Of a stretch of DNA of 12,786 nt, positions 1 to 6,232 are shown in pieces. Origin of the DNA: Bellilinea caldifistulae (GTDB taxonomy: Bacteria > Chloroflexota > Anaerolineae > Anaerolineales > Anaerolineaceae); assembly GCF_001306055.1 (NCBI RefSeq), contig NZ_LGHJ01000026.1, forward strand, positions 1-12,786, read 5' to 3'. The notes under the pieces are model-generated. The model was given only the letters and a program-made list of their open reading frames with translations, was not told the DNA's origin and did not search any database. The number at the start of each line of letters is the position of its first letter. Within the stretch, counting starts at the first letter, position 1. A program made the position numbers and the translations under genes.

Positions 1-225
1 GCAGTAAGCCATGGCTTGCCGCACTCGCACATCAGATAGAATTGGATGCGGAGTGGAAAAGGACTGTTCTTCTGTAGGCTGTTTTTCAACTTCAACAACC
101 TTTTCAACCACTTCCGTTTTGACAACTTCTTTTTCAACTTCAATGGTCTCGACAGCTGGCTGACAAGCACTTATCACCAGTGATACTGCAATCAGCAGCA
201 CCCAAACAAGGTTCAAGCGTTTCAT
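1..225 (-). CDS. Extracellular solute-binding protein, family 5 (Opp/Dpp/Nik-type) lipoprotein; N-terminal 75 codons only, continues off the left edge
   Basis: My reverse-complement translation from ATG 225..223 gives MKRLNLVWVLLIAVSLVISACQPAVETIEVEKEVVKTEVVEKVVEVEKQPTEEQSFSTPHPILSDVRVRQAMAYC. It has a signal peptide with lipobox ISAC, then an E/V/K-rich linker. The SDVRVRQAMAY motif is typical of the start of mature SBP_bac_5 proteins. Weak SD AAGGAA lies upstream. The ORF track omits it because it has no stop in the window. Confidence 0.75.
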   Translation of the reverse strand, partial: MKRLNLVWVLLIAVSLVISACQPAVETIEVEKEVVKTEVVEKVVEVEKQPTEEQSFSTPHPILSDVRVRQAMAYC

Positions 226-313
226 CTTCTATTCCTTTCAAAGTAAGGTTGGAAAAAGGGCAAAATCTCTTTCAAGTTATTGTTTTTGGGGATTCACCTC
301 CGAACACGGATGG

Positions 314-348
314 ATTTGGAATTAAAAAACTACGGTTTAATTCCAAAT
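314..348. repeat. Perfect 13-bp inverted repeat ATTTGGAATTAAA-N9-TTTAATTCCAAAT in the 5' region of the solute-binding protein gene; candidate operator
   Basis: Arms 314-326 and 336-348 are exact reverse complements, with spacer 327-335. It sits about 90 nt upstream of the ATG at 225. There is no proper U-tract after it on the minus strand, so it does not look like a terminator. Confidence 0.8.
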
Positions 349-456
349 GATTTTCAATCAACCTCTTGTTTTTGTAATCTGCTCAAATACCAGTTTCATA
401 CCTGTTACTTTGGACAGGAAGTAAACTGGCCGATTTTCCAGGTAAAAATCCCCCCT

Positions 457-488
457 AAAAAAACAACCGGTCACTTTACCGGTTGTTT
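457..488 (-). terminator. Rho-independent terminator of the glutaredoxin-like/groES operon
   Basis: Perfect 11-bp stem (461-471 pairs with 478-488) and a 6-nt loop. On the minus strand the stem runs directly into a U-tract (the distal arm ends UUU and is followed by UUUU at 460-457). It lies 23 nt past the groES stop. Confidence 0.85.
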
Positions 489-511
489 TCAAGTCAGCCA
501 TCCGATATTTG

Positions 512-787
512 TTAATCCAGCACTTTGGCTAGAACATCGCTGCATTCCATGATGAGATAATCGTCATTGCCCAGTTTTATTTCTGTCCCACTATATTTGG
601 CGAATAAAATCTTATCGTTTACCTTTAGCTTGATTTCCTCATCATCACCAACCGCCACAACCACACCGGTTTGAGGTTTCTCTTTGGCTGTTTCAGGGAT
701 GTACAAACCGGTTGCGGTTTTATTTTCCTGTTCCAGCGGTTTTACCAAAATACGGGCTCCCATCGGTTGAACTTTGATTTGTGACAT
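512..787 (-). CDS. groES: Co-chaperonin GroES (Hsp10), short-roof variant
   Basis: The 91-aa product aligns along its length with the GroES pattern: RILVKP, the mobile loop TATGLYIPETAKEKPQ, GVVVAVG, and YLIMECSDVLAKV. Strong SD AGGAGGT lies 5 nt upstream of the ATG. Confidence 0.95.
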   Translation of the reverse strand: MSQIKVQPMGARILVKPLEQENKTATGLYIPETAKEKPQTGVVVAVGDDEEIKLKVNDKILFAKYSGTEIKLGNDDYLIMECSDVLAKVLD

Positions 788-803
788 TTTTTACCTCCTG
801 TGG

Positions 804-1061
804 TTATTTGATCCCTAAATACTGGTTTATTTTTGGACGATCAAAACCAATCACAATTTTTCCGCCAATATCCAGCACAGGCACTCCCATTTGCCCAGAC
901 CGTCTCACCATATCTTTTGCAGCAGCGGGATCACGACTGACATCCACTTCTTTAAACCGAATGCCTTTTTCACGCAGGTATTTTTTGGTCATGTTGCAAT
1001 ACGTACAGGTTGGTGCCGTGAAAATGATTACCTTGGGTTGATTGCCTTTTGTTTCAGCCAT
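804..1061 (-). CDS. Glutaredoxin-like protein, YruB/NrdH-like thioredoxin fold (CxxC = CTYC)
   Basis: The 85-aa product VIIFTAPTCTYCNMTKKYLREKGIRFKEVDV...GVPVLDIGGKIVIGFD matches the small glutaredoxin layout (CxxC, cis-Pro VP, GF). Its stop is 16 nt upstream of the groES ATG. Confidence 0.9.
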   Translation of the reverse strand: MAETKGNQPKVIIFTAPTCTYCNMTKKYLREKGIRFKEVDVSRDPAAAKDMVRRSGQMGVPVLDIGGKIVIGFDRPKINQYLGIK

Positions 1062-1280
1062 TGAATTTCTACTCCATCAAATGGGGTTACCAAATGATTA
1101 GATGAATTTAGAGCGAATTTGTTACAAAATCGGGGCGCGTAAAATCAGTTATAATAAAAATACTGGCTTATTTGGCGTAAAGGATCACTCGCCATCACCC
1201 ACCCATTATGAGAATGTTTTATCGGTGGATGAAAAGCAGAAACTTCTTGATTCAATTTCGTCAATAAACTGGAGGTGATA

Positions 1281-2930
1281 ATGAAAACCGTAGTTGCCGG
1301 CGCACTAGGAGAATGTGTCCATGTTGCCGGTGTGAGTAATTTCCTCAGGTTGGCGGAGATGGCTGGCTGGCGGACTGTTTTCTTAGGCCCAGCGGTTCCG
1401 GTAAAAGAGTTTATTCAAGCAGCAATACGAGAAAAAGCCGACCTGGTTGGGGTTTCATATCGCCTGACCCCAGAAACCGGCGAAAGATTGCTGGGGGAAT
1501 TTGCTGAAGCGGCCGACGAATTACGATCAAAAGGGGTCCGGTTTGCTTTTGCTGGAACACCGCCGGTTGCCGAGCGTGCTCAAAAACTGGGATTTTTCGA
1601 GCAAATTTTTGACGGATCAGAATTGACCGAGGATACCTTAGCCTACCTGCGTGGGGAAGCCTCATCCCAAGCGGGATCATCGTCGTTTCCTCAAACCACT
1701 ATTGAAAGGCGTTTGTGGAAAGCGCCCTTTCCTCTCCTGCGCCATCATTTCGGCCTACCGAGCCTGGAAGAAACCCGGGAAGGGATTCGGAAAATCGCCG
1801 AAGCCCGGATCTTGGATGTAATCTCACTTGGTATTGATCAGGATGCTCAGGAAAATTTCTTTCATCCCGAAAGACAAGATCCGCGCCGGAAGGGAGCCGG
1901 CGGCGTTCCGGTGCGTACTGCCGAGGATTATCGAATGCTCTATGAAGCGTCTCGAACCGGCAATTTTCCCCTTTTACGAACTTACTCGGGCACGGATGAC
2001 TTTATCCGACTGGCAGAGTTGTACCTGGATACCATCCATAATGCCTGGTGCGCTATTCCTTTGTTCTGGTTCAATCAAATGGATGGGCGCGGGCCTTGGG
2101 ATTTGGCTGGCTCAATTCATGAGCACCAGCAAGTAATGGCATGGTATGGAGCGAGAAATGTTCCAGTTGAGTTGAACGAACCGCATCACTGGGGTATGCG
2201 GGATGCGCCGGATGTCATTTTCGTCGTTTCAGCCTTTCTCTCGGCTTACAATGCCAAAGCCTTTGGGGTAAAGGATTACATTGCCCAAATGATGTTCAAC
2301 AGCCCTCCCGGTACTTCTGATGCAATGGATCTGGCTAAAATGTTGGCCATTCTGGAGATGATCCAACCTTTAGCCGGTCCAGATTTTCGCATCTGGATTC
2401 AAACTCGCACCGGTTTATTGTCCTACCCCCTGGATCCCGCAGCTGCCCGCGCTCATCTTTCTGCCAGCATTTACTTACAAATGGCCCTGAAACCAGATAT
2501 TGTCCACATCGTCGGTCATACTGAGGCCGACCATGCCGCCACGGCTGATGAGGTGATTGAAGCCGCAAAAATGGCTCGTCGAGCAATCGAGAATGCCCTC
2601 GCAGGTCAACCGGCGATGATTTACGACCCTCTTTTGATGAGAAGAAAGGAGGAGTTAATTCAGGAGGCAAAAATTACCCTCCGAGCAATCCAAAACCTGT
2701 CCTCAGATGAGAACCGAGATCCTTTTACCGACCCCAACGTTCTGGCTGCATCGGTAACCTCTGGCATCATGGATGCTCCCCAGCTGAAAAACAATCGCTT
2801 TGGAAGAGGGAAAATTCGCACCCGAATCATTGGCGGGGCATGTCTCGCAGTAGATGAAAACGGCACACCCATATCAGAATCACAGAGGTTGGAAAAATTC
2901 TTTAAAACGGGAGGGATAATCAATGACTGA
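1281..2930 (+). CDS. Fusion protein: N-terminal GlmS/MutS-like cobalamin-binding domain, Ser-rich linker, then a roughly 410-aa domain that may be a B12-mutase-type (GlmE-like) TIM barrel
   Basis: The track ORF begins at GTG 1275. ATG 1281 is preferred because SD GGAGG (1271-1275) lies 5 nt upstream. Residues 4-115, KTVVAGALGECVHVAGVSNFL...VPVKEFIQAAIREKADLVGVS, resemble the glutamate mutase S subunit (KTIVLGVIGSDCHAVGNKIL...SPQENFIKAAIETKADAILVS). The linker is EASSQAGSSSF (about 1656-1688). The C-terminal assignment is inference only. Confidence 0.8.
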   Translation: MKTVVAGALGECVHVAGVSNFLRLAEMAGWRTVFLGPAVPVKEFIQAAIREKADLVGVSYRLTPETGERLLGEFAEAADELRSKGVRFAFAGTPPVAERAQKLGFFEQIFDGSELTEDTLAYLRGEASSQAGSSSFPQTTIERRLWKAPFPLLRHHFGLPSLEETREGIRKIAEARILDVISLGIDQDAQENFFHPERQDPRRKGAGGVPVRTAEDYRMLYEASRTGNFPLLRTYSGTDDFIRLAELYLDTIHNAWCAIPLFWFNQMDGRGPWDLAGSIHEHQQVMAWYGARNVPVELNEPHHWGMRDAPDVIFVVSAFLSAYNAKAFGVKDYIAQMMFNSPPGTSDAMDLAKMLAILEMIQPLAGPDFRIWIQTRTGLLSYPLDPAAARAHLSASIYLQMALKPDIVHIVGHTEADHAATADEVIEAAKMARRAIENALAGQPAMIYDPLLMRRKEELIQEAKITLRAIQNLSSDENRDPFTDPNVLAASVTSGIMDAPQLKNNRFGRGKIRTRIIGGACLAVDENGTPISESQRLEKFFKTGGIIND

Positions 2931-4047
2931 CATTTCGAGATTTGCAGTAATTGGTGCGGGTAATGGTGGTAAAGCCATGGCTGCCCATTTGGCTTTAATG
3001 GGTTTTGATGTGTCTCTTTACAACCGCACCTATGCCCATGTTGAGATCATTGCCAAGCGTGGGGGAATTGATCTGGAAAGTTACGAAGGAGGGCCTAAAG
3101 GCTTCGGAAAAATTCGGCTGGTTACCGATGATATCGCAACTGCCATCAAAGATGCACAGGTGATTATGGTAGTCTTGCCATCTTCTGCTCATGCGGAAAT
3201 TGCCCAAAAAATGGCCTGTCACCTGAAAGAAGGGCAAACCATCATTCTCCATCCGGGCAGAACCCTGGGTGCCATTGAATTTGATGTCATTCTTCGCAGA
3301 AGCGGATGCAATGTCGAGGTCAACGTCGCAGAGGCAGAAACCTTTATCTATGCCAGCCGCACAGACGGGCCTGCCCAGGCACGTATATTCCGTATCAAGG
3401 AAGCCGTTCCACTGGCAGCTTTACCCGCGGTAAAGACTCCTCTAGTTCTTGAACAAATCCGTATCGCATTTCCGCAATACATTGATGGCATTAATGTACT
3501 GCACACCGGGTTGAATAACATGGGGGCAATTTTTCATCCGGCTCTGACCATCCTCAATGCCGGATGGATCGAAGCCACCCACGGGGACTTTCAATTTTAC
3601 ATTGATGGAGTGACCCCATCCGTCGCCCGCGTACTGGAGATTCTGGATCGAGAAAGGGTGACGGTGGCTTCTGCTTTAGGAATTCGTGCCCGCACGGCAT
3701 TAGAATGGCTGGAATTGGCTTACAACGTCACAGGCGAAACATTACACGAGCGTATTCACAACCAGACAGGCTATTACGGAATTAAAGCCCCGGCTACGCT
3801 TAACCACCGCTATATTTTTGAGGATGTCCCGATGAGCCTCGTACCAATAGCATCACTGGGAGAACGTTACGGCGTTTCAGTCAATGGAATTAATAGCGTG
3901 ATCAGGCTGGCCTGCATCATTCACCGCACCGATTATTGGCGGCGTGGTAGAACATTGGAAAAGTTGGGCATTAAAGATTTGAGTGTCAGCGAGCTGACTA
4001 CCTATGTAACTTCTGGCTGGAAAGATATCGAAAGCTTTAGCGGCTAG
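2923..4047 (+). CDS. NAD(P)-dependent opine (octopine/nopaline) dehydrogenase family oxidoreductase
   Basis: N-terminal Rossmann motif FAVIGAGNGGKAMAAHLALMGFDV. The C-terminal helical domain shows family-typical segments (IFHPALTILNAGWIE, FYIDGVTP, EDVPMSLVP). SD GGGAGGG lies at 2909-2915. The ATG overlaps the upstream stop (ATGACTGA, 8-nt overlap). Confidence 0.85.
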   Translation: MTDISRFAVIGAGNGGKAMAAHLALMGFDVSLYNRTYAHVEIIAKRGGIDLESYEGGPKGFGKIRLVTDDIATAIKDAQVIMVVLPSSAHAEIAQKMACHLKEGQTIILHPGRTLGAIEFDVILRRSGCNVEVNVAEAETFIYASRTDGPAQARIFRIKEAVPLAALPAVKTPLVLEQIRIAFPQYIDGINVLHTGLNNMGAIFHPALTILNAGWIEATHGDFQFYIDGVTPSVARVLEILDRERVTVASALGIRARTALEWLELAYNVTGETLHERIHNQTGYYGIKAPATLNHRYIFEDVPMSLVPIASLGERYGVSVNGINSVIRLACIIHRTDYWRRGRTLEKLGIKDLSVSELTTYVTSGWKDIESFSG

Positions 4048-4070
4048 GAAGCAAATAGCCAAAACGATAA

Positions 4071-4097
4071 GTCCCGCAACTCAGCGGGGCTTTTTTT
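4071..4097 (+). terminator. Rho-independent terminator after the B12-fusion/dehydrogenase pair
   Basis: GTCCCGC-aactca-GCGGGGC forms a 7-bp GC-rich stem with one G-U pair, followed by T7 (4091-4097). It starts 24 nt past the stop. Confidence 0.85.
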
Positions 4098-4179
4098 ACT
4101 TGATTTTTACGAAAAGACAATCAAATTTGTAATATTATACTTGATTGAATGTGTATAATAAATAAACATTATACGATAT

Positions 4180-6177
4180 ATGTTCCCCTCAAAAGTCATT
4201 ATTGCCTCCACAGATTCATCTCTCAACCACACATTGGTAAATTTTCTCCAAAAATCGGGTTGGGTGGATATTCAAATTGCTCGCTCATTTGATCATCTTT
4301 TAGAATTTTGCTGCCTGACCGATCAGGAAATTCTTATTTTTTTATATCCCCCAGCCCCTTCATCATGGCAGTTGCTCGAATCACTCCAATCCCTTAGAAG
4401 AAAATCCAAAGCCTTACTGATATTAATCCTTGATCCCAACCAGATTGAAAACCAATCACACAATGCTTTAGGAAAGTTGATTGACGGTTTTCTTCTTCAA
4501 CCAGTCAACGAGTATTATCTGAATGCCACCCTGATGATGGCCAGAGAACGAAGACAACGGGAATTGGATCTATTGAAAAGCGAAGAAAAATTTCAACGTC
4601 TTTTTCTTAAATCCAATGACCCAAGTCTTTTGGTACTCAATCAAATCATTATTGACTGCAATCAGGCGGCACTCAACCAACTCCGCGCAGAACGCCGGGA
4701 AATTCTTGGCAAATCGCTAGCAGATCTTTCACCCGAAATTCAACCGGATGGTAATTTCTCGGTTAATCAAGCCGATTTCTATACGAACGAGGCATTGAAA
4801 ACAGGGTTTATTGAATTTCGATGGCTTCATCGGCGGTTTGACGGCAGTCAATTTCTTGCCGAAGTGTCTTTGACCGCAATCCCCTATGCGGGGGATTTGG
4901 CTTTGTTTGCCAAATGGCGGGATGTAACCGAAATCGAACAGTACAAAAAATCCCTGCAAATGAGCGAACAACGCTATCGCCAACTTTTTGAAACCATGTT
5001 GAATGGTTTTGCGCTTCATGAAATGATTTTTGATGAACACCACAAACCCGTAGATTATCGTTTTATTGCGGTAAATCCGGCTTTTGAAAAGTTGACCGGA
5101 CTATCAGCGGATGCCATTCTGGGAAAAACAGTTCTTGAGGTATTGCCGAATACCGAACCATACTGGATAGAAACCTACGGAAAAGTTGCCTGGAGTGGTG
5201 AACCGGTGTTGATAGAAAATTACTCGCAGGAATTGGATCGGTATTACCGGGTTTTTGCGTTTTCTCCCGTCAAAGGCCAGTTCGCAACCTTGTTTGAGGA
5301 CATTACCATCCAAAGAAAAAACGAACGCTACCAATCGGCTTTACTACAACTTTCGGAAAAAATTCGGCAAGCTTACACCACGGAAGAGATGGCTCAAACC
5401 ATTGTTCATACGATTGGCTTGATATTAGAGTTAGAGACAGCAGCCATTGCATTGAAATCACCCGAAAACGCCGACAAATTCCGGTTTGTTTTTGGAACCG
5501 GTAAGGCAAAAGAGTGGATCGGAGCCGAATTTACAAAGGATCAGGGTATAACCGGTTACACCTTACGCAGTAAAACTCCTTATTTCCAAAACAATTTAGC
5601 CAACGATCCATATTATCTCCGTGACCAGCCGCAATATTATCACCCATTTGTAGCTGCCGTACCGTTAATCTCCGGAGAGGATCCCATTGGAGTACTTCTG
5701 CTGGGAAGAAACAAATCTTTTACCGATACGGATCAACTGATTGTTACTTCCATGAGCGAGCTGATCGGTAATGCTCTTCAAAGAATGCTTCTTCAGGAAA
5801 AGACTCAGCAAACCGTGGACTACCTGTCTGCCTTGCGCAAAATTGACTTGACCATCACCCTCGGCAGAGATTTGGGAGACCGTTTGAGCGTTTTACTGGA
5901 AGTTGTTGTCGAACATCAAAAAGTGGATGCAGCCAGCATCTGGTTGAAAGAACCGCAAACCGATTTTTTCAACCTTGCAGCAATTCGAGGATTTCGATCA
6001 GGTACTCTTCCACTACCGACTTCACCTTATCCGGGAATAACGGGCAGTCCCAATCAATTCTTGCACCTTCAAAATCAGGAATTGCAATCCGCACTGGATG
6101 GGGAATTTGGACAAATTATTCGGAAGGAAGGATTTACCGATTATATGGGAATTCCTCTAACTACAAAAAAAAAATGA
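4180..6177 (+). CDS. Signalling protein, 5' fragment: pseudo-receiver, PAS, PAS, GAF, and first part of GAF2; the reading frame ends inside an A10 run
   Basis: The 665-aa ORF has a REC-like N-terminus, two PAS modules (SEEKFQRLF..., SEQRYRQLFETMLNGFALHE...) and GAF-like segments (GITGYTL..., AAVPLISGEDPIGVLLLGR). It ends GIPLTTKKK* in the middle of a GAF beta strand. Confidence 0.85.
   Translation: MFPSKVIIASTDSSLNHTLVNFLQKSGWVDIQIARSFDHLLEFCCLTDQEILIFLYPPAPSSWQLLESLQSLRRKSKALLILILDPNQIENQSHNALGKLIDGFLLQPVNEYYLNATLMMARERRQRELDLLKSEEKFQRLFLKSNDPSLLVLNQIIIDCNQAALNQLRAERREILGKSLADLSPEIQPDGNFSVNQADFYTNEALKTGFIEFRWLHRRFDGSQFLAEVSLTAIPYAGDLALFAKWRDVTEIEQYKKSLQMSEQRYRQLFETMLNGFALHEMIFDEHHKPVDYRFIAVNPAFEKLTGLSADAILGKTVLEVLPNTEPYWIETYGKVAWSGEPVLIENYSQELDRYYRVFAFSPVKGQFATLFEDITIQRKNERYQSALLQLSEKIRQAYTTEEMAQTIVHTIGLILELETAAIALKSPENADKFRFVFGTGKAKEWIGAEFTKDQGITGYTLRSKTPYFQNNLANDPYYLRDQPQYYHPFVAAVPLISGEDPIGVLLLGRNKSFTDTDQLIVTSMSELIGNALQRMLLQEKTQQTVDYLSALRKIDLTITLGRDLGDRLSVLLEVVVEHQKVDAASIWLKEPQTDFFNLAAIRGFRSGTLPLPTSPYPGITGSPNQFLHLQNQELQSALDGEFGQIIRKEGFTDYMGIPLTTKKK
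6165..6174 (+). other. A10 homopolymer at the junction of the two reading frames of the HD-GYP gene (frameshift or slippage site)
   Basis: Frame 1 stops at TGA 6175-6177. Frame 2 is open from 6161 and reads LQKKNDWGILQLWKRSEIRPTFEWMNFLEMLAGQAAIAIED, which is the expected continuation of the GAF domain. Confidence 0.9.
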
Positions 6178-6232
6178 TTGGGGAATTCTCCAGCTTTGGA
6201 AACGTTCAGAAATCAGACCAACTTTTGAGTGG

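Noticed and set aside
60-150. Recurring TTCAAC/TTTTCAAC motif that looks like a short tandem repeat
   Set aside because: It is the antisense of GTTGAA(AA) codons, which encode the E/V/K-rich linker (VEKEVVKTEVVEKVVEVEKQ) after the lipobox Cys. This is coding low complexity, not a structural DNA repeat or CRISPR.
226-285. Possible 17-codon upstream ORF (TTG...AGA TGA) whose stop overlaps the SBP ATG on the minus strand
   Set aside because: It has a non-ATG start, and the nearest SD-like GGAGGTG lies about 19 nt away, which is too far. Conservation cannot be assessed. It is indistinguishable from chance.
280-552. 90-aa plus-strand ORF in the groES/SBP intergenic region
   Set aside because: It runs through the groES terminator hairpin and into the groES 3' end. 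It has no SD, and its sequence is low-complexity and Cys/Phe-rich with no recognisable fold. It is most likely a chance ORF in AT-rich DNA.
1062-1280. Cobalamin riboswitch or CIRCE element in the divergent intergenic region between the grx-groES operon and the B12-domain gene
   Set aside because: I found no B12-box-like conserved core and no TTAGCACTC-N9-GAGTGCTAA. Only weak 4-5 bp hairpins and three GAATTT repeats are present. A TATAAT at 1150-1155 has no acceptable -35, so I do not annotate a promoter.
1-4047. Staphylopine/pseudopaline-like opine metallophore locus (opine dehydrogenase plus family-5 SBP)
   Set aside because: There is no nicotianamine-synthase-like gene in the window. The SBP gene is transcribed away from the pair and is separated from it by the terminated grx-groES operon. 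The dehydrogenase partner is a B12-domain protein instead. The link is purely associative.
1411-4062. Minus-strand and alternative-frame ORFs within the B12-fusion and dehydrogenase genes (1411-1680, 1828-2136, 2335-2670, 2660-2923, 2995-3252, 3877-4062)
   Set aside because: All are nested in or antisense to long ORFs with clear domain signatures. None has a convincing start context.
4098-4179. Promoter of the HD-GYP gene in the AT-rich spacer (TATAAT at 4154-4159; repeated ACTTGATT and ATTATAC words)
   Set aside because: No -35 lies at 16-18 nt for the TATAAT. An alternative, TTACGA-N17-TAATAT, is equally plausible. A promoter surely lies here, but I cannot pick one. The gene also lacks an SD, so even the leader length is uncertain.
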